NCBI GenBank assembly: GCA_046290225.1
Contig: JBKAGE010000040.1
Location: forward strand, 54,272-118,271
Length of the DNA: 64,000 bases
Reading direction: 5' to 3'
Source of the DNA: Bradymonadia bacterium
GTDB lineage: Bacteria > Myxococcota_A > Bradymonadia > UBA7976 > UBA1532
In this document: one piece after another, positions 50,321 through 61,535 of the stretch
How positions within the stretch are numbered: position 1 is the stretch's first letter
Layout: each line of letters starts with the position of its first letter
Notes under the pieces: generated by a model
What the model was told of the DNA's origin: nothing
The model's input: only the letters and a program-made list of their open reading frames with translations
Database searches by the model: none
Program-made: the position numbers and the translations under genes

Positions 50321-50510
50321 CCGTGGGCTCCTCGGTGACGCGATGTCGGGGGAAGATGAGCACCGCATTCGGAATGACAACTCCCAGCTTCAACATGATG
50401 CCTGAACACATGGTGAGGAACCGATTTATTGCCTGTTCTGAAGAAACATGTCGTTTCTGGGGATTTGGTGTCGCCCATACCTTTGAGCAGGTTTCTCGCT
50501 TCGCTCGCAA

Positions 50511-50925
50511 AGAGAGTTTCGGGCACGGGCACGGGCACGGGCACGGGCACGAGTTGATTCGGATGTGGACCCATGGCCCGCCCTGAATTCAGGACGCAGG
50601 CTGGTTGAATTTGGAATGCACCTCACATGAACCCCCCTCCACTCGCTCCAAGACATGCAGCCTCAGGCTGCACTGTCAGGTCGAACAGTGGACAGCCCTA
50701 CGGGTGTCTTTCCGCTCCCTCCGGCCGGCTACGCCGCCCTCCACTCGCTCCAAGACATGCAGCCTCAGGCTGCACTGTCAGTCGACGGTACCAGCCCGCG
50801 GGTGTCCGCTCCCTCCGGCCCCCGCCGCCCCCACTCGCTCCAAGACATGCAGCCTCAGGCTGCACTGTCCACATCCGTAAAACTCGTGCCCGTGCCCGTG
50901 CCCGTGCCCGTGCCCGAAACTCTCT
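50511..50925. mobile_element. MITE-like element: 45-bp perfect TIRs containing (GGGCAC)5 and three internal 39-bp direct repeats
   Basis: 50511-50555 is the exact reverse complement of 50881-50925; identical repeats at 50639, 50741 and 50831. Confidence 0.7.
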
Positions 50926-50969
50926 ATCTCCTGATTGCCATCCCCCTCCACCCATGCTGAACTGCGCCC

Positions 50970-51548
50970 ATGGTCAACACAGCATCACCTCGGGCCCAGG
51001 AAGGTCCGATCCGCGAAGCCCTCGAGGCCGGCGATCACCGGCAGGCCGTGGCGCAGATGATGCGGCTCTATGGTCAACCGATCTTCCGGTTCTGCATGGG
51101 CTTCCTCGGCGATCAGACCCTCGCCGAAGAAGTCCATCAGACCGTCTTCATCCAGGCCTTCCGCGATGCGGGACGCTTTGGTGGTCAGTCCTCGGTGAAG
51201 TCGTGGCTGTACGCCATCGCTCGGCACCGTTGCCTCGACGCAGTGAAGATCAAACGCCGCCGCGACAAACGCTTCGAAGCCCCGGGCGATCTGCCCGATG
51301 CCAGCGATCAGGCGCCGAGCCCCGAAGATCAGCTCGCGGCAGCCTCGCTGGCGGGACCGCTGGCGCGATGCCTCGACAAACTCGCGCCGCAGATCAGGAC
51401 CGCGGTGCTTTTGCGACACCAGGAGGGGCTCTCATATGCGGAGATGGCAGAGACCTTCGGCGAGAAGGCCGGCACGCTCCAGGCCCGCGTGGCCCGGGCA
51501 CTGCCCGCATTGCGCACTTGCTTGAAGGCAGAGGGCGCCAGGCCATGA
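50970..51548 (+). CDS. ECF RNA polymerase sigma factor
   Basis: AEEVHQTVFIQAF, SWLYAIARHRCLD and GLSYAEMA motifs. Confidence 0.9.
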   Translation: MVNTASPRAQEGPIREALEAGDHRQAVAQMMRLYGQPIFRFCMGFLGDQTLAEEVHQTVFIQAFRDAGRFGGQSSVKSWLYAIARHRCLDAVKIKRRRDKRFEAPGDLPDASDQAPSPEDQLAAASLAGPLARCLDKLAPQIRTAVLLRHQEGLSYAEMAETFGEKAGTLQARVARALPALRTCLKAEGARP

Positions 51549-51582
51549 GCACACACCACTGCATCACGAGAGGAGGCCGGCC

Positions 51583-52266
51583 GTGACCGAAGACGAGCTC
51601 GTCGCCGAGATCGCCCTGCACCTTGAGCGGGGTGAGCCCATGCCTCCGCAGATCGCAGAAGACCCCAGAACCGAGCCCCTGCTCGCCGAGCTGGTCGAGG
51701 TGACCGAAGCGCTTGGCGCTCATCAGGCCGAAGCAGCGCCTGAGGGCAACTGGGAGGCGAAGATCTGGGCGGGTATTGCCCAGGAAGAAGCCAGCGCCAG
51801 GCCCCAGCGCCCAAAGTGGCTCGTGTGGCTGCTCGGGCCGGCCCTGGCGGCAGCAGCGGCGCTCGCTGTGGTGATGCTGTCCAAGGATACGCAGACACAC
51901 GGCCCTCGCGGACTCAGCCTCGAGGTCATCGCGGATGCGCAAGGAGTACGCGGAGATCACGCCAAAGTGGGCGATCGCCTGCGATTGAATGTTTCGCTCG
52001 GTGATGCGTCGAGGGCCGACTTGAGAGTGTATCGAGGGGAGAGCGAGCTGGTGTACCGATGCCATCGAGATCAGAGAGGTGACAACTGCACCATCTCCGA
52101 CACGGCCATCACCGCCACAGTGGGCTTCCCGGCCACGGGAGAGTATCGAGCGCTGGTCATCTACGACGGTGACCTCCCCCTCTCCGGGGGCCTCGATGCC
52201 GACGTCGCTGCAGCCCGAGCGAAGTCCCTGAAGATCACCCTCTCCGACGCCATTGAGGTCTTCTGA
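51583..52266 (+). CDS. Putative membrane anti-sigma factor
   Basis: Directly follows the ECF gene; short cytoplasmic N-terminus, one TM helix, extracytoplasmic beta domain. Confidence 0.65.
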   Translation: MTEDELVAEIALHLERGEPMPPQIAEDPRTEPLLAELVEVTEALGAHQAEAAPEGNWEAKIWAGIAQEEASARPQRPKWLVWLLGPALAAAAALAVVMLSKDTQTHGPRGLSLEVIADAQGVRGDHAKVGDRLRLNVSLGDASRADLRVYRGESELVYRCHRDQRGDNCTISDTAITATVGFPATGEYRALVIYDGDLPLSGGLDADVAAARAKSLKITLSDAIEVF

Positions 52267-52328
52267 AACCCGTCTCGAGACATCTGTCGTCTGACTGTGT
52301 CTTCTGACGTCAACATGAGGGGAAACAC

Positions 52329-53087
52329 ATGCGCGCACTGGTCAAAGGGGCACTCATTGCCGGCCTGAGCCTCGGCCTCGCCGGCCCCGGCCTGGGCCTC
52401 GTCGACTCCACCACGGCCGAAGCGGCACCACCTGCCCGAGCGACGAAGAGCACGGCGAACAAAAAGAGTAAGGCCAGGGCGAAGAGTCAGGTCAAGCGGG
52501 GCAAGCCTGCCAAACGCAGCAACGTCAAGGGACGCAGCGCCTCCAAACGTATGCCTGTGCGAGGGGACCGCCGCGATGGTCGAGGTGGCCGGAAGACCGG
52601 CGGCCAGAATCGCGCCGGTGACACGCCGCTCGTGCGCTACTTTGTGCTCACCCAACCCAAGGCGGGTAAGGGCCGCATCGTGCTCACCGCCCAGGAAGAT
52701 GGTCCGCTGGGTGTGTTCGTTCGCCGGGTGGGTCAGCAGGGGTTCCATACCCAGAAGACCTTCAATGCCAAGAAGGGCGATACGCTCTCGATCACCTTGC
52801 CGGAGAACACCAACAACCCCAACTCATGCGTAGCCCACAGCTACCAGTACGAGTTGAGCATCATGAAGGGCATCGAGCGTCCTGGAAGCGTGGTGACCCC
52901 GAGCAACGAGAAAGGCAGCCAGGTGAAGGTCTGTCTGAACCGTGCTGGCGCCTTCTTCAACCCGAACAAGGCCTATGGTGGCAAGACCCCCACGGGCAAC
53001 ATCAACGATTTGATCTCGGCCCACGCCAACTGCATGCGTCCTGGTGCTGACCCCTGGCCGGACCCGGATCCGGAGCGTTGCCGCTGA
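52329..53087 (+). CDS. Secreted hypothetical protein with a Lys/Arg-rich N-terminal region
   Basis: GAGGGG RBS; signal peptide; basic low-complexity segment; Cys-containing C-terminal domain. Confidence 0.7.
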   Translation: MRALVKGALIAGLSLGLAGPGLGLVDSTTAEAAPPARATKSTANKKSKARAKSQVKRGKPAKRSNVKGRSASKRMPVRGDRRDGRGGRKTGGQNRAGDTPLVRYFVLTQPKAGKGRIVLTAQEDGPLGVFVRRVGQQGFHTQKTFNAKKGDTLSITLPENTNNPNSCVAHSYQYELSIMKGIERPGSVVTPSNEKGSQVKVCLNRAGAFFNPNKAYGGKTPTGNINDLISAHANCMRPGADPWPDPDPERCR

Positions 53088-53091
53088 TCGA

Positions 53092-55352
53092 CTATCGCGC
53101 CCCGATCACCACGAAGGGCGCCCAATCCTTTGGTGCGTATCCTTCTGCGCGCAGCTGTCGCTGAGCCCGAGCCACGGCTTTGGGCACTCCAGCCCCGAGC
53201 CCCTCTCCTGCGTACAACAGCTCTGCAAATCGCCGGGTGGCCTTGTCGTCCACGGACCACAGCGCCGCCACAGCGGTGGGGGTGCCTGCGGCGAGGAAGG
53301 CCGAGGCCACGGATCCCCACAGCCCTTCTCCACGAGTCGCACCGGAGGCGCACCCGGTGAGTACGGCGATTTGAGGCGAGAGGTTGTGCTTCATGATCCA
53401 GGCGCCATCTACCGTAGCGCCCCCACCCATGATCAACCGCCCACCGGAGGGGCCCACGGAGACATGGGTGGCGATGTGCATCACCCGGGCCCGGCGCCCT
53501 TCTCGGAGAGCATCTGGGCTGGCATCCATACCCGTGAGCGGCCGAACCCCGAGGCGATCACCCACCGCAGCGAGCTCTTCGGCGGCGCCCGGCAAGTCAC
53601 CGCGGCCATCTCCGAGGACGATGGGGGGATCTGCAGAGGCGGTGTCAGCGTGGGCGAGGGCCTCTGCGGCGACGAGGGCTGTGAGGCCGGGCGTCAGCGC
53701 GATCTCGTGATGCTCCACCAGGGCATGGCCTCGGTGACGCAGCAGGGCAAAGGGTACACGGGCCAGAGCACCGCCAGGGATCACGAGATGCAGCGGCCCG
53801 GGAGGCAGCTCGACGTCAGCGGGGATCAACGCCTCGCCGAGGGCCACAGCGGCCCCGGCAGCGGTCTCTGGCTGGGCCAGAGCGCTGAGCAGCGCGTCGA
53901 CCTTTTTATCCAGGGCCTCTCGGGTGATCGAAAGCGGCCGGAGCTGAGGCACGCCGTGGGCGAGGTAGATCCACCACAACCGCTCTCCTTCAGGGAACCA
54001 GCCCATGATGATCTGATCGCCGAGGGCCTTCTTGAGCCCCTCGGCGCTGGCGCCGGGCTTCACCGCCTTCGACGCACCGAGAGCGGGCACCAGATCGCGC
54101 AGATACTCAGCACGACCCTCACCGGTGGCCCGGGTCACGAAGGCATCGATGAACATTCGCGCCAGCGCCCGCTCCTGCACTGCCAGGGCCTGCCAGGACC
54201 TGCCAGCCCGGGCGTGCAGTGCGAAGAGGGCACCGTAGGGGGCCTGCTTTGCACCGAGGAACCAGCCCTTGAGATCTTCAGAGGTGAGATCGCTGCGCAT
54301 CGACTCGATGTGCTCGATGGAGCGCGCATATGCCTCTGCCGCGGCGTCGAGTCGGCCCTGTGCCTCTGCAGTGAGGCCCGCCTCCAGGCCCGCCCGCCAG
54401 CCCAGCTCGGGCTGAAGTACGCCGGCCTCTGCTGCGGCGAGGGCTTTTTGTGACTCTTCGAGCCGCCCCTGATACCGACGCAAGATGCCCATGAAGATGT
54501 CCCGGGTCACCTGAAACCGGGCATCGGGCACCTTGGCGAGGATCGTATCGACCTCGGCCATGTGCCGCGCCGAGATCTCGAGCTCGCCCGTCTCCATGGC
54601 GGCGATGGACAAATTCAGGTGGATCGCCCGCATGACGTCGGGGCGCGCCTCGCCTTTACCGAGCTCCAAGGCCTCTTCCAGCGCCACACGGGCCATGGCC
54701 ATCCGACCCTCTTCCACCCGCAGGCGCCCCAGCTTCAACGCCGCCCAGGCTCGATCACCCGAAGAGGCCTTCTCGAGCATGTCTCTGGCATTTCGCCAGG
54801 CCCGCTCTGCCCCTCGGGCGTCGCCGAGCTCGTTCCGGATGCTGCCCTCGGCGAGGCGTACAAAGCCCATCAGGCGCTGGTCGTCGGCCCCCCGAGCGGC
54901 GTCGGCCGCTTGGCTGATCAACGCCAGCGCTTTCTGGTAGCGCCCCTGACGCCACCACAACCCCGCGAGAGCCTGAGCGTCTTTGGCCACCTCAGCGAGC
55001 CTGTTGGAGGCACGATCCACCTTCAGGGCCTTCTCCAGGAGCGAGACAGCCCGTTTCTGCTCGCCCTGACGCCCTTCGATCTTGGCCAGAAGCCTCAGAG
55101 CCGCCCCTTCCCCATCGAGGCCGGCCATACCCTTGACCACATCTTGCAGCGGACCCTTCTCCTTCCGACGACCGTGGGCCCGGGCCAGGGCGAGGCCCAC
55201 CTTGCTGTCGCGGCTGCCCTTGCGCCAGAGCGCACCACACCGCTCGACGATCTGTGCGTCGTCCCGGGCCTCGATGGCCCCTCGACATTGATCTTGAGCG
55301 GATTGGCAGCCTGCGAGAACCAGCAGGCCGAGTGCCCCCCAGCGCGCCCCCA

Positions 55353-55356
<4 letters not shown>
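53092..55356 (-). CDS. TPR + CHAT (caspase-like) domain lipoprotein
   Basis: Lipobox LAGC; TPRs; VPFALL, HIATH, VLTGCAS and ALWSVDD motifs. Confidence 0.88.
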
Positions 55357-56765
<1,409 letters not shown>

Positions 56766-56878
56766 GCTCTCGCGCTCCTCTGGCGTTGCTCACACCCCGA
56801 CATGGGGCGTGAGGCGTTGGGTATCATATTTTGAGGTTGGCGTCGCCCAATGGCGGCACGGGCCCTGTGCAGGTGACC

Positions 56879-58789
56879 TCAGCCCCCGAGGCGACCGATG
56901 ATCGCTTCGAGGTAGCCCGAGCGGAAACAGCCGCCCCCCTGCTCGGCGAGGGACCGAAGATCGGGGAGCACCGACGAGTCGCCGAGCTTGTCGAGCTTGT
57001 CGACGGCTTTTTGCTGCGCGCGGCAGCTCTTCATGCGCAGGTCGGCCCGTAGAGAGGTCAGTGTGACCGTGCGTACGTCCCGGCCTGCCTTACGGAACAC
57101 CTCGATCACCCGCCAGCGGGTCTTTTGACGGCCGTTCGCCGCCGTCTCCAACAGCGCCCGCTCCACCCGCACCGCTTCGGGGCCATTGAGGCCCTTCGCC
57201 AGAATCTCCATGGCCTTGGGGTGACTGCGTTTGAAGTCGAGGGCCTTGATGAGGGCCGGCATCACCCGCTGATCACGCCAGAGCCGGATCTCTTCGTCGA
57301 GCAGCTTGCCCAACCCGGCGAGGCCTACGTTGGCTTTGAGGGCGTTGATTTGCGCCAGCGCCCGGGCAAGGCGGCGGCGCATGCTGTCTTCACCGGAGGC
57401 GGGGTGCTCGTTGAGCCACGCCAGGGCCGCGGTGCCGTGATCGAGCTCGATGAGCTCCTCGGCCACAGGCACCACCCCGAAAGACTCGGTGCCATCACGG
57501 CCCGTAGCGTTGAAACTCACTGTGGCGATGTCGGCGTCGGCGACGTCAGGTGTGAACGACCCCGCGGCGCTGAGGGCCATAACCACCCCTGCGGAGATCA
57601 CGAAGCCCACAGCGAGGCCCGCCATCAACATGCTCATGGAGGATCGCTGGCTCTTGGGCGTGATCTCCACCTCACCTTCAGGCTCTACGGAAGGCTTGAA
57701 GACATCAGCCTCTTCGCCAAAGGCCGTGGCAGAGGTGCTCAGCTCGGGGTTGCCCAGGGGTGAGAAGACCGCGCTGATCTCCGGAGGTGGGGTGTAGCCG
57801 ACGCGGACCCCACCTCCGTGGAACGTCTTCTGCTCCGAGAGCAGGATCTGCTCGAGGCGGTTGAGCAAACCCACCGCCGTGGGCCGGTCTTCGGGCTTGC
57901 GGCTGAGACAGGCATCGATGATCGCCCGAATGTCGGCGGGCACACTCTCGGGCATCGGTGGCGGCGGCTCGTTCACCAGCCGATACAGAATCTCTGGGGT
58001 GTTCCGCCCTTCGAAGGGCAGCTCGTTGGTCACCATGAGGCGCAGCACCACCCCGATGGACCAGATGTCGGCGGCGGCGGTGGCCCGCTTGCCCTCTGCC
58101 TGCTCAGGGGCCATGTACTCCGGCGTGCCAAAAAGCTGGCCCGTGGCAGTGAGGCGTCGGCCGTTCTTGCCCTTCGGCTCTTCTACGGCGGCGATGCTGA
58201 AGTCGAGCAATCGCAGCGCCGCCCCCTGGCCGAGGACCCGCTGGATGATGAGGTTGTCGGCCTTGATGTCGCGATGCACGATGCCGACGTCGTGTGCCTC
58301 CACCAGGGCGCCCACCACAGGGGCGATCATGCCCACGGCGAGCACGGGCTGGATCGCCCCCCGCTCATCGAGCCAGTCGATGAGTGTGTCGCCTTCGACA
58401 TACTCCAGCACGAGGAAGGGCCGGTTGTCGGGCAGCTGGCCATACTCGTAGATGTGCACCACAGAGGGGTGCGTGAGGGCCGCTGTCGCCCGGGCCTCGC
58501 GCTCGAACCGTGCGATGTGGCCCATCACCGTGAGCCGCATCACCTTGAGGGCTACGGGCCGCCCATAGCGCTCGTCCCGAGCGCGATAGACGTAGGCCAT
58601 GCCCCCCTCGCCGAGGAGAGACTCCACACGATAGCGGTCTTCAAGCAGCGTGCCGGGTCTGAAGGCGGCATCGTGCTCTTCGGTCATCCCTGCGGCGATG
58701 CCTTTCACCGACAGGTCTGTCCCGTCATCACTGTCGAAGGCCCCGCCTGGGGCCCCCGGTGCTGGGCGTCTTGACTTCACGGAGGCCAT
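56879..58789 (-). CDS. Membrane Ser/Thr protein kinase (start uncertain)
   Basis: LGEGGM, VALKV, HRDIKADN, DFS, GTPEYMAPE; one TM helix; helical C-terminal domain. Confidence 0.9.
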   Translation of the reverse strand: MASVKSRRPAPGAPGGAFDSDDGTDLSVKGIAAGMTEEHDAAFRPGTLLEDRYRVESLLGEGGMAYVYRARDERYGRPVALKVMRLTVMGHIARFEREARATAALTHPSVVHIYEYGQLPDNRPFLVLEYVEGDTLIDWLDERGAIQPVLAVGMIAPVVGALVEAHDVGIVHRDIKADNLIIQRVLGQGAALRLLDFSIAAVEEPKGKNGRRLTATGQLFGTPEYMAPEQAEGKRATAAADIWSIGVVLRLMVTNELPFEGRNTPEILYRLVNEPPPPMPESVPADIRAIIDACLSRKPEDRPTAVGLLNRLEQILLSEQKTFHGGGVRVGYTPPPEISAVFSPLGNPELSTSATAFGEEADVFKPSVEPEGEVEITPKSQRSSMSMLMAGLAVGFVISAGVVMALSAAGSFTPDVADADIATVSFNATGRDGTESFGVVPVAEELIELDHGTAALAWLNEHPASGEDSMRRRLARALAQINALKANVGLAGLGKLLDEEIRLWRDQRVMPALIKALDFKRSHPKAMEILAKGLNGPEAVRVERALLETAANGRQKTRWRVIEVFRKAGRDVRTVTLTSLRADLRMKSCRAQQKAVDKLDKLGDSSVLPDLRSLAEQGGGCFRSGYLEAIIGRLGG

Positions 58790-58926
58790 ACTACGACGCA
58801 TGTGCCGATCCCGCATTACTTTGTGTGACAGTTGAGCAGGCAAGCCCTCGAGGGCTCTCTTCCACGTGGCCTTTGCCCACGCCACGACCCTGGTGCATGG
58901 TAGCGGCTCCCAGAGGAGGAGCCCCG

Positions 58927-61494
58927 ATGAGCACCAGCGACGAGATCACCCCCCTGCACCAGCGGATCCCTACGGGCGCCGATGATGGCCCACCGAGCGG
59001 AGACGAGATCCTCGACGCCTTCATCGAGTGGACCTTCGATCGAGGCATCGAGCTGTATCCCGCTCAAGAAGAAGCCATCATGGAGCTGCTCGCCGATCGC
59101 CACGTGATCCTGAACACCCCCACGGGCTCAGGTAAAAGCATGGTGGCTCTGGCGATGCACTTCTATGGGCTGTGTATCGGCAAACGATCTGTATACACGT
59201 CGCCCATCAAAGCCCTGGTGAGCGAGAAGTTCTTCGACCTGTGTAATCAGTTCGGCGCCGAGAACGTGGGCATGCTCACCGGCGACGCCTCGATCAACAA
59301 AGGCGCCCCCATCATCTGTTGTACGGCGGAGATCCTCGCCGCCGTGGCCATGACCGAGGGCGACGAGGGCAACATCGCCTTCGCCTGTATGGACGAGTTC
59401 CACTATTACGGCGACAGAGATCGAGGCATCGCCTGGCAGCTGCCCCTGCTCACACTCAAGAAGACCGCTTTCTTGCTCATGAGCGCCACCCTCGGCGACA
59501 CCCGGCCCATCAGCAAACAGCTCGAGGATCGCACCGGGCGCCCCGTGAGTCTGGTGAAGACCGCCACCCGGCCGGTGCCTCTCGACTTCACGTGGTCCGA
59601 GGAGCCGTTGCTGGAGCAAATCGAGAGCCTGGTGAGTCACAACAAGGCCCCGGTCTATGTGGTGAACTTCACCCAGCGGTCCACGGCAGAGCTCGCCCAG
59701 AGCCTCACCAGCCTGAACTTCTGCAGCAAAGAAGAGAAGAAACGCATCGCCGAAGGCATCGGTGACTTCAGGTTCGACACCCCTTATGGCAAGAGCATCG
59801 CCCGCTATGTACGCCACGGCGTGGGCATCCACCACGCCGGCTTGCTGCCCAAGTACCGCATGCTCGTCGAGCAGCTCGCCCAGAAGGGTCTGCTCAAGAT
59901 CATCGTGGGCACCGACACCCTCGGCGTGGGCATCAACGTACCGATCCGCACGGTGCTCTTCTCGGGCCTCACCAAATACGATGGTCGCAAGGTGGGCGTG
60001 CTCACTGTGCGCGACTTCAAGCAGATCGCCGGCCGCGCCGGCCGCAAAGGCTTCGACGATCACGGCTTCGTGGTGGCCCAGGCGCCCCCCCATGTGGTGG
60101 AGAACAAGAAGCTCACCGCCAAGGCCGACGGCGACCCAAAGAAGCTGCGCAAACTCAAACGCAAGAAGGCCCCTGAGGGTTTCGTGAATTGGGACGAGAG
60201 CACGTTCCAACACCTGATCAAGTCGGAGCCCGAGGCCCTCACCTCGCGGTTCAATGTCACCCACGGCATGCTCATCAACCTGCTACAGCGACCCATCGGC
60301 CCCCTGAACCCCCGAGGGGGCTACGCCACCCTCATCGATCTCATCGGCCGCTCTCACGAACGCATGGTACGCAAGCGCCACCTGCGCAGGCGCTCGAAAG
60401 AGCTGCTCAGCGCCCTCGTGGAAGCCGAGGTGGTGGAACTGATCGACCGCCCTCAAGGTCCCGGGCAAACCTTGCAGGTGGCCCCTGATCTGCAGAACGA
60501 CTTCTCGCTGCACCACACGCTGTCGCTGTTTTTGCTCGACGCGCTGGCGAGCATCGACCCCGACGAAGAAGGCTACGTACTCAAGGTGCTCACCCTCGTG
60601 GAGGCGATCCTCGAAAACCCCATGGCGGTGCTCTATCGCCAGGAAGACAAGGCCAAGGGGCAGGCCATCGCCGCCATGAAGGCCGAGGGCATGGAGTACG
60701 AGGAGCGCATGGAAGCCCTGGAGAAGATCACCTGGCCCATGCCCGACATCGACTTCCTGGTGAACGAGTTCAACGTCTTCGCCGAGACCCGCCCCTGGCT
60801 GAGCGAAGACGACCTCAAGCCCAAGTCGGTGGTTCGGGACATGTACGAGCAGTACGCCTCGTTCAACGCCTATGTGCGCGAGTACGGCTTGGAGCGCTCA
60901 GAAGGCGTGCTGCTGCGCCACTTGAACCAGGTCTACAAAACGCTGTTGCAGAACGTGCCCGACGCCTACCGCTCAGATGACGTGATAGACGCCCTGGCCT
61001 ATCTGCAGACCACGCTGCAGCGCACCGACTCCAGCCTCCTCTCGGCCTGGGAGACCATGGTGGCCGGCGGAGGCAGCGACGCCGAGGCCGACGAGGCGGA
61101 GAAGAAGCCCAAGGACATCACCAAGGATCGTCGGGCCTTCATGGCGCTGGTCCGGGCGGAGATGCACCAGCTGGTGAAGACCCTCGCCGATCGCGATTAC
61201 GAAGAGGCCTCGCTGCTGGTGCATCAAGATCTCGACGATTACTGGGACGCCCGCCGCTTCGAGAAGACCCTCGACACGTTCTATGTGCAGTACGATCGCA
61301 TCGTCTTCGATCACACCGCTCGGCAGCCGAAGTTCACGCAGCTGGTGCCTGCGGGCGAGCGACAGTGGAAGGTGACTCAGGTGCTCGTGGATCCTGAGGG
61401 CGACAACATGTGGTTCGTGGAAGCCCGCGTGGACATGCGGGAGATCGAGGTGCCGGAAGGGCCCCTCGTTCAGGTGGTGGAGATCAGGAGCTGA
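58927..61494 (+). CDS. SF2 DEAD/DEAH helicase with a DUF3516-type C-terminus
   Basis: PTGSGKS, DEFH, SAT and QIAGRAGR motifs; GAGGAG RBS before ATG 58927. Confidence 0.92.
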   Translation: MSTSDEITPLHQRIPTGADDGPPSGDEILDAFIEWTFDRGIELYPAQEEAIMELLADRHVILNTPTGSGKSMVALAMHFYGLCIGKRSVYTSPIKALVSEKFFDLCNQFGAENVGMLTGDASINKGAPIICCTAEILAAVAMTEGDEGNIAFACMDEFHYYGDRDRGIAWQLPLLTLKKTAFLLMSATLGDTRPISKQLEDRTGRPVSLVKTATRPVPLDFTWSEEPLLEQIESLVSHNKAPVYVVNFTQRSTAELAQSLTSLNFCSKEEKKRIAEGIGDFRFDTPYGKSIARYVRHGVGIHHAGLLPKYRMLVEQLAQKGLLKIIVGTDTLGVGINVPIRTVLFSGLTKYDGRKVGVLTVRDFKQIAGRAGRKGFDDHGFVVAQAPPHVVENKKLTAKADGDPKKLRKLKRKKAPEGFVNWDESTFQHLIKSEPEALTSRFNVTHGMLINLLQRPIGPLNPRGGYATLIDLIGRSHERMVRKRHLRRRSKELLSALVEAEVVELIDRPQGPGQTLQVAPDLQNDFSLHHTLSLFLLDALASIDPDEEGYVLKVLTLVEAILENPMAVLYRQEDKAKGQAIAAMKAEGMEYEERMEALEKITWPMPDIDFLVNEFNVFAETRPWLSEDDLKPKSVVRDMYEQYASFNAYVREYGLERSEGVLLRHLNQVYKTLLQNVPDAYRSDDVIDALAYLQTTLQRTDSSLLSAWETMVAGGGSDAEADEAEKKPKDITKDRRAFMALVRAEMHQLVKTLADRDYEEASLLVHQDLDDYWDARRFEKTLDTFYVQYDRIVFDHTARQPKFTQLVPAGERQWKVTQVLVDPEGDNMWFVEARVDMREIEVPEGPLVQVVEIRS

Positions 61495-61535
61495 GCATCA
61501 AGTCAGCCCCACCAGCCGTCAGTGCATAGAGCTGC

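Noticed and set aside
50639..50869. CRISPR array (three identical 39-bp palindromic repeats)
   Set aside because: Spacers are 63 and 51 nt and share their 3' halves, the array is enclosed by TIRs, and no cas genes are in the window.
50317..50955. ORFs encoding PVPVPV, HGHGHG or RARARA runs
   Set aside because: These are translations of the (GGGCAC)5 repeats, not credible proteins.
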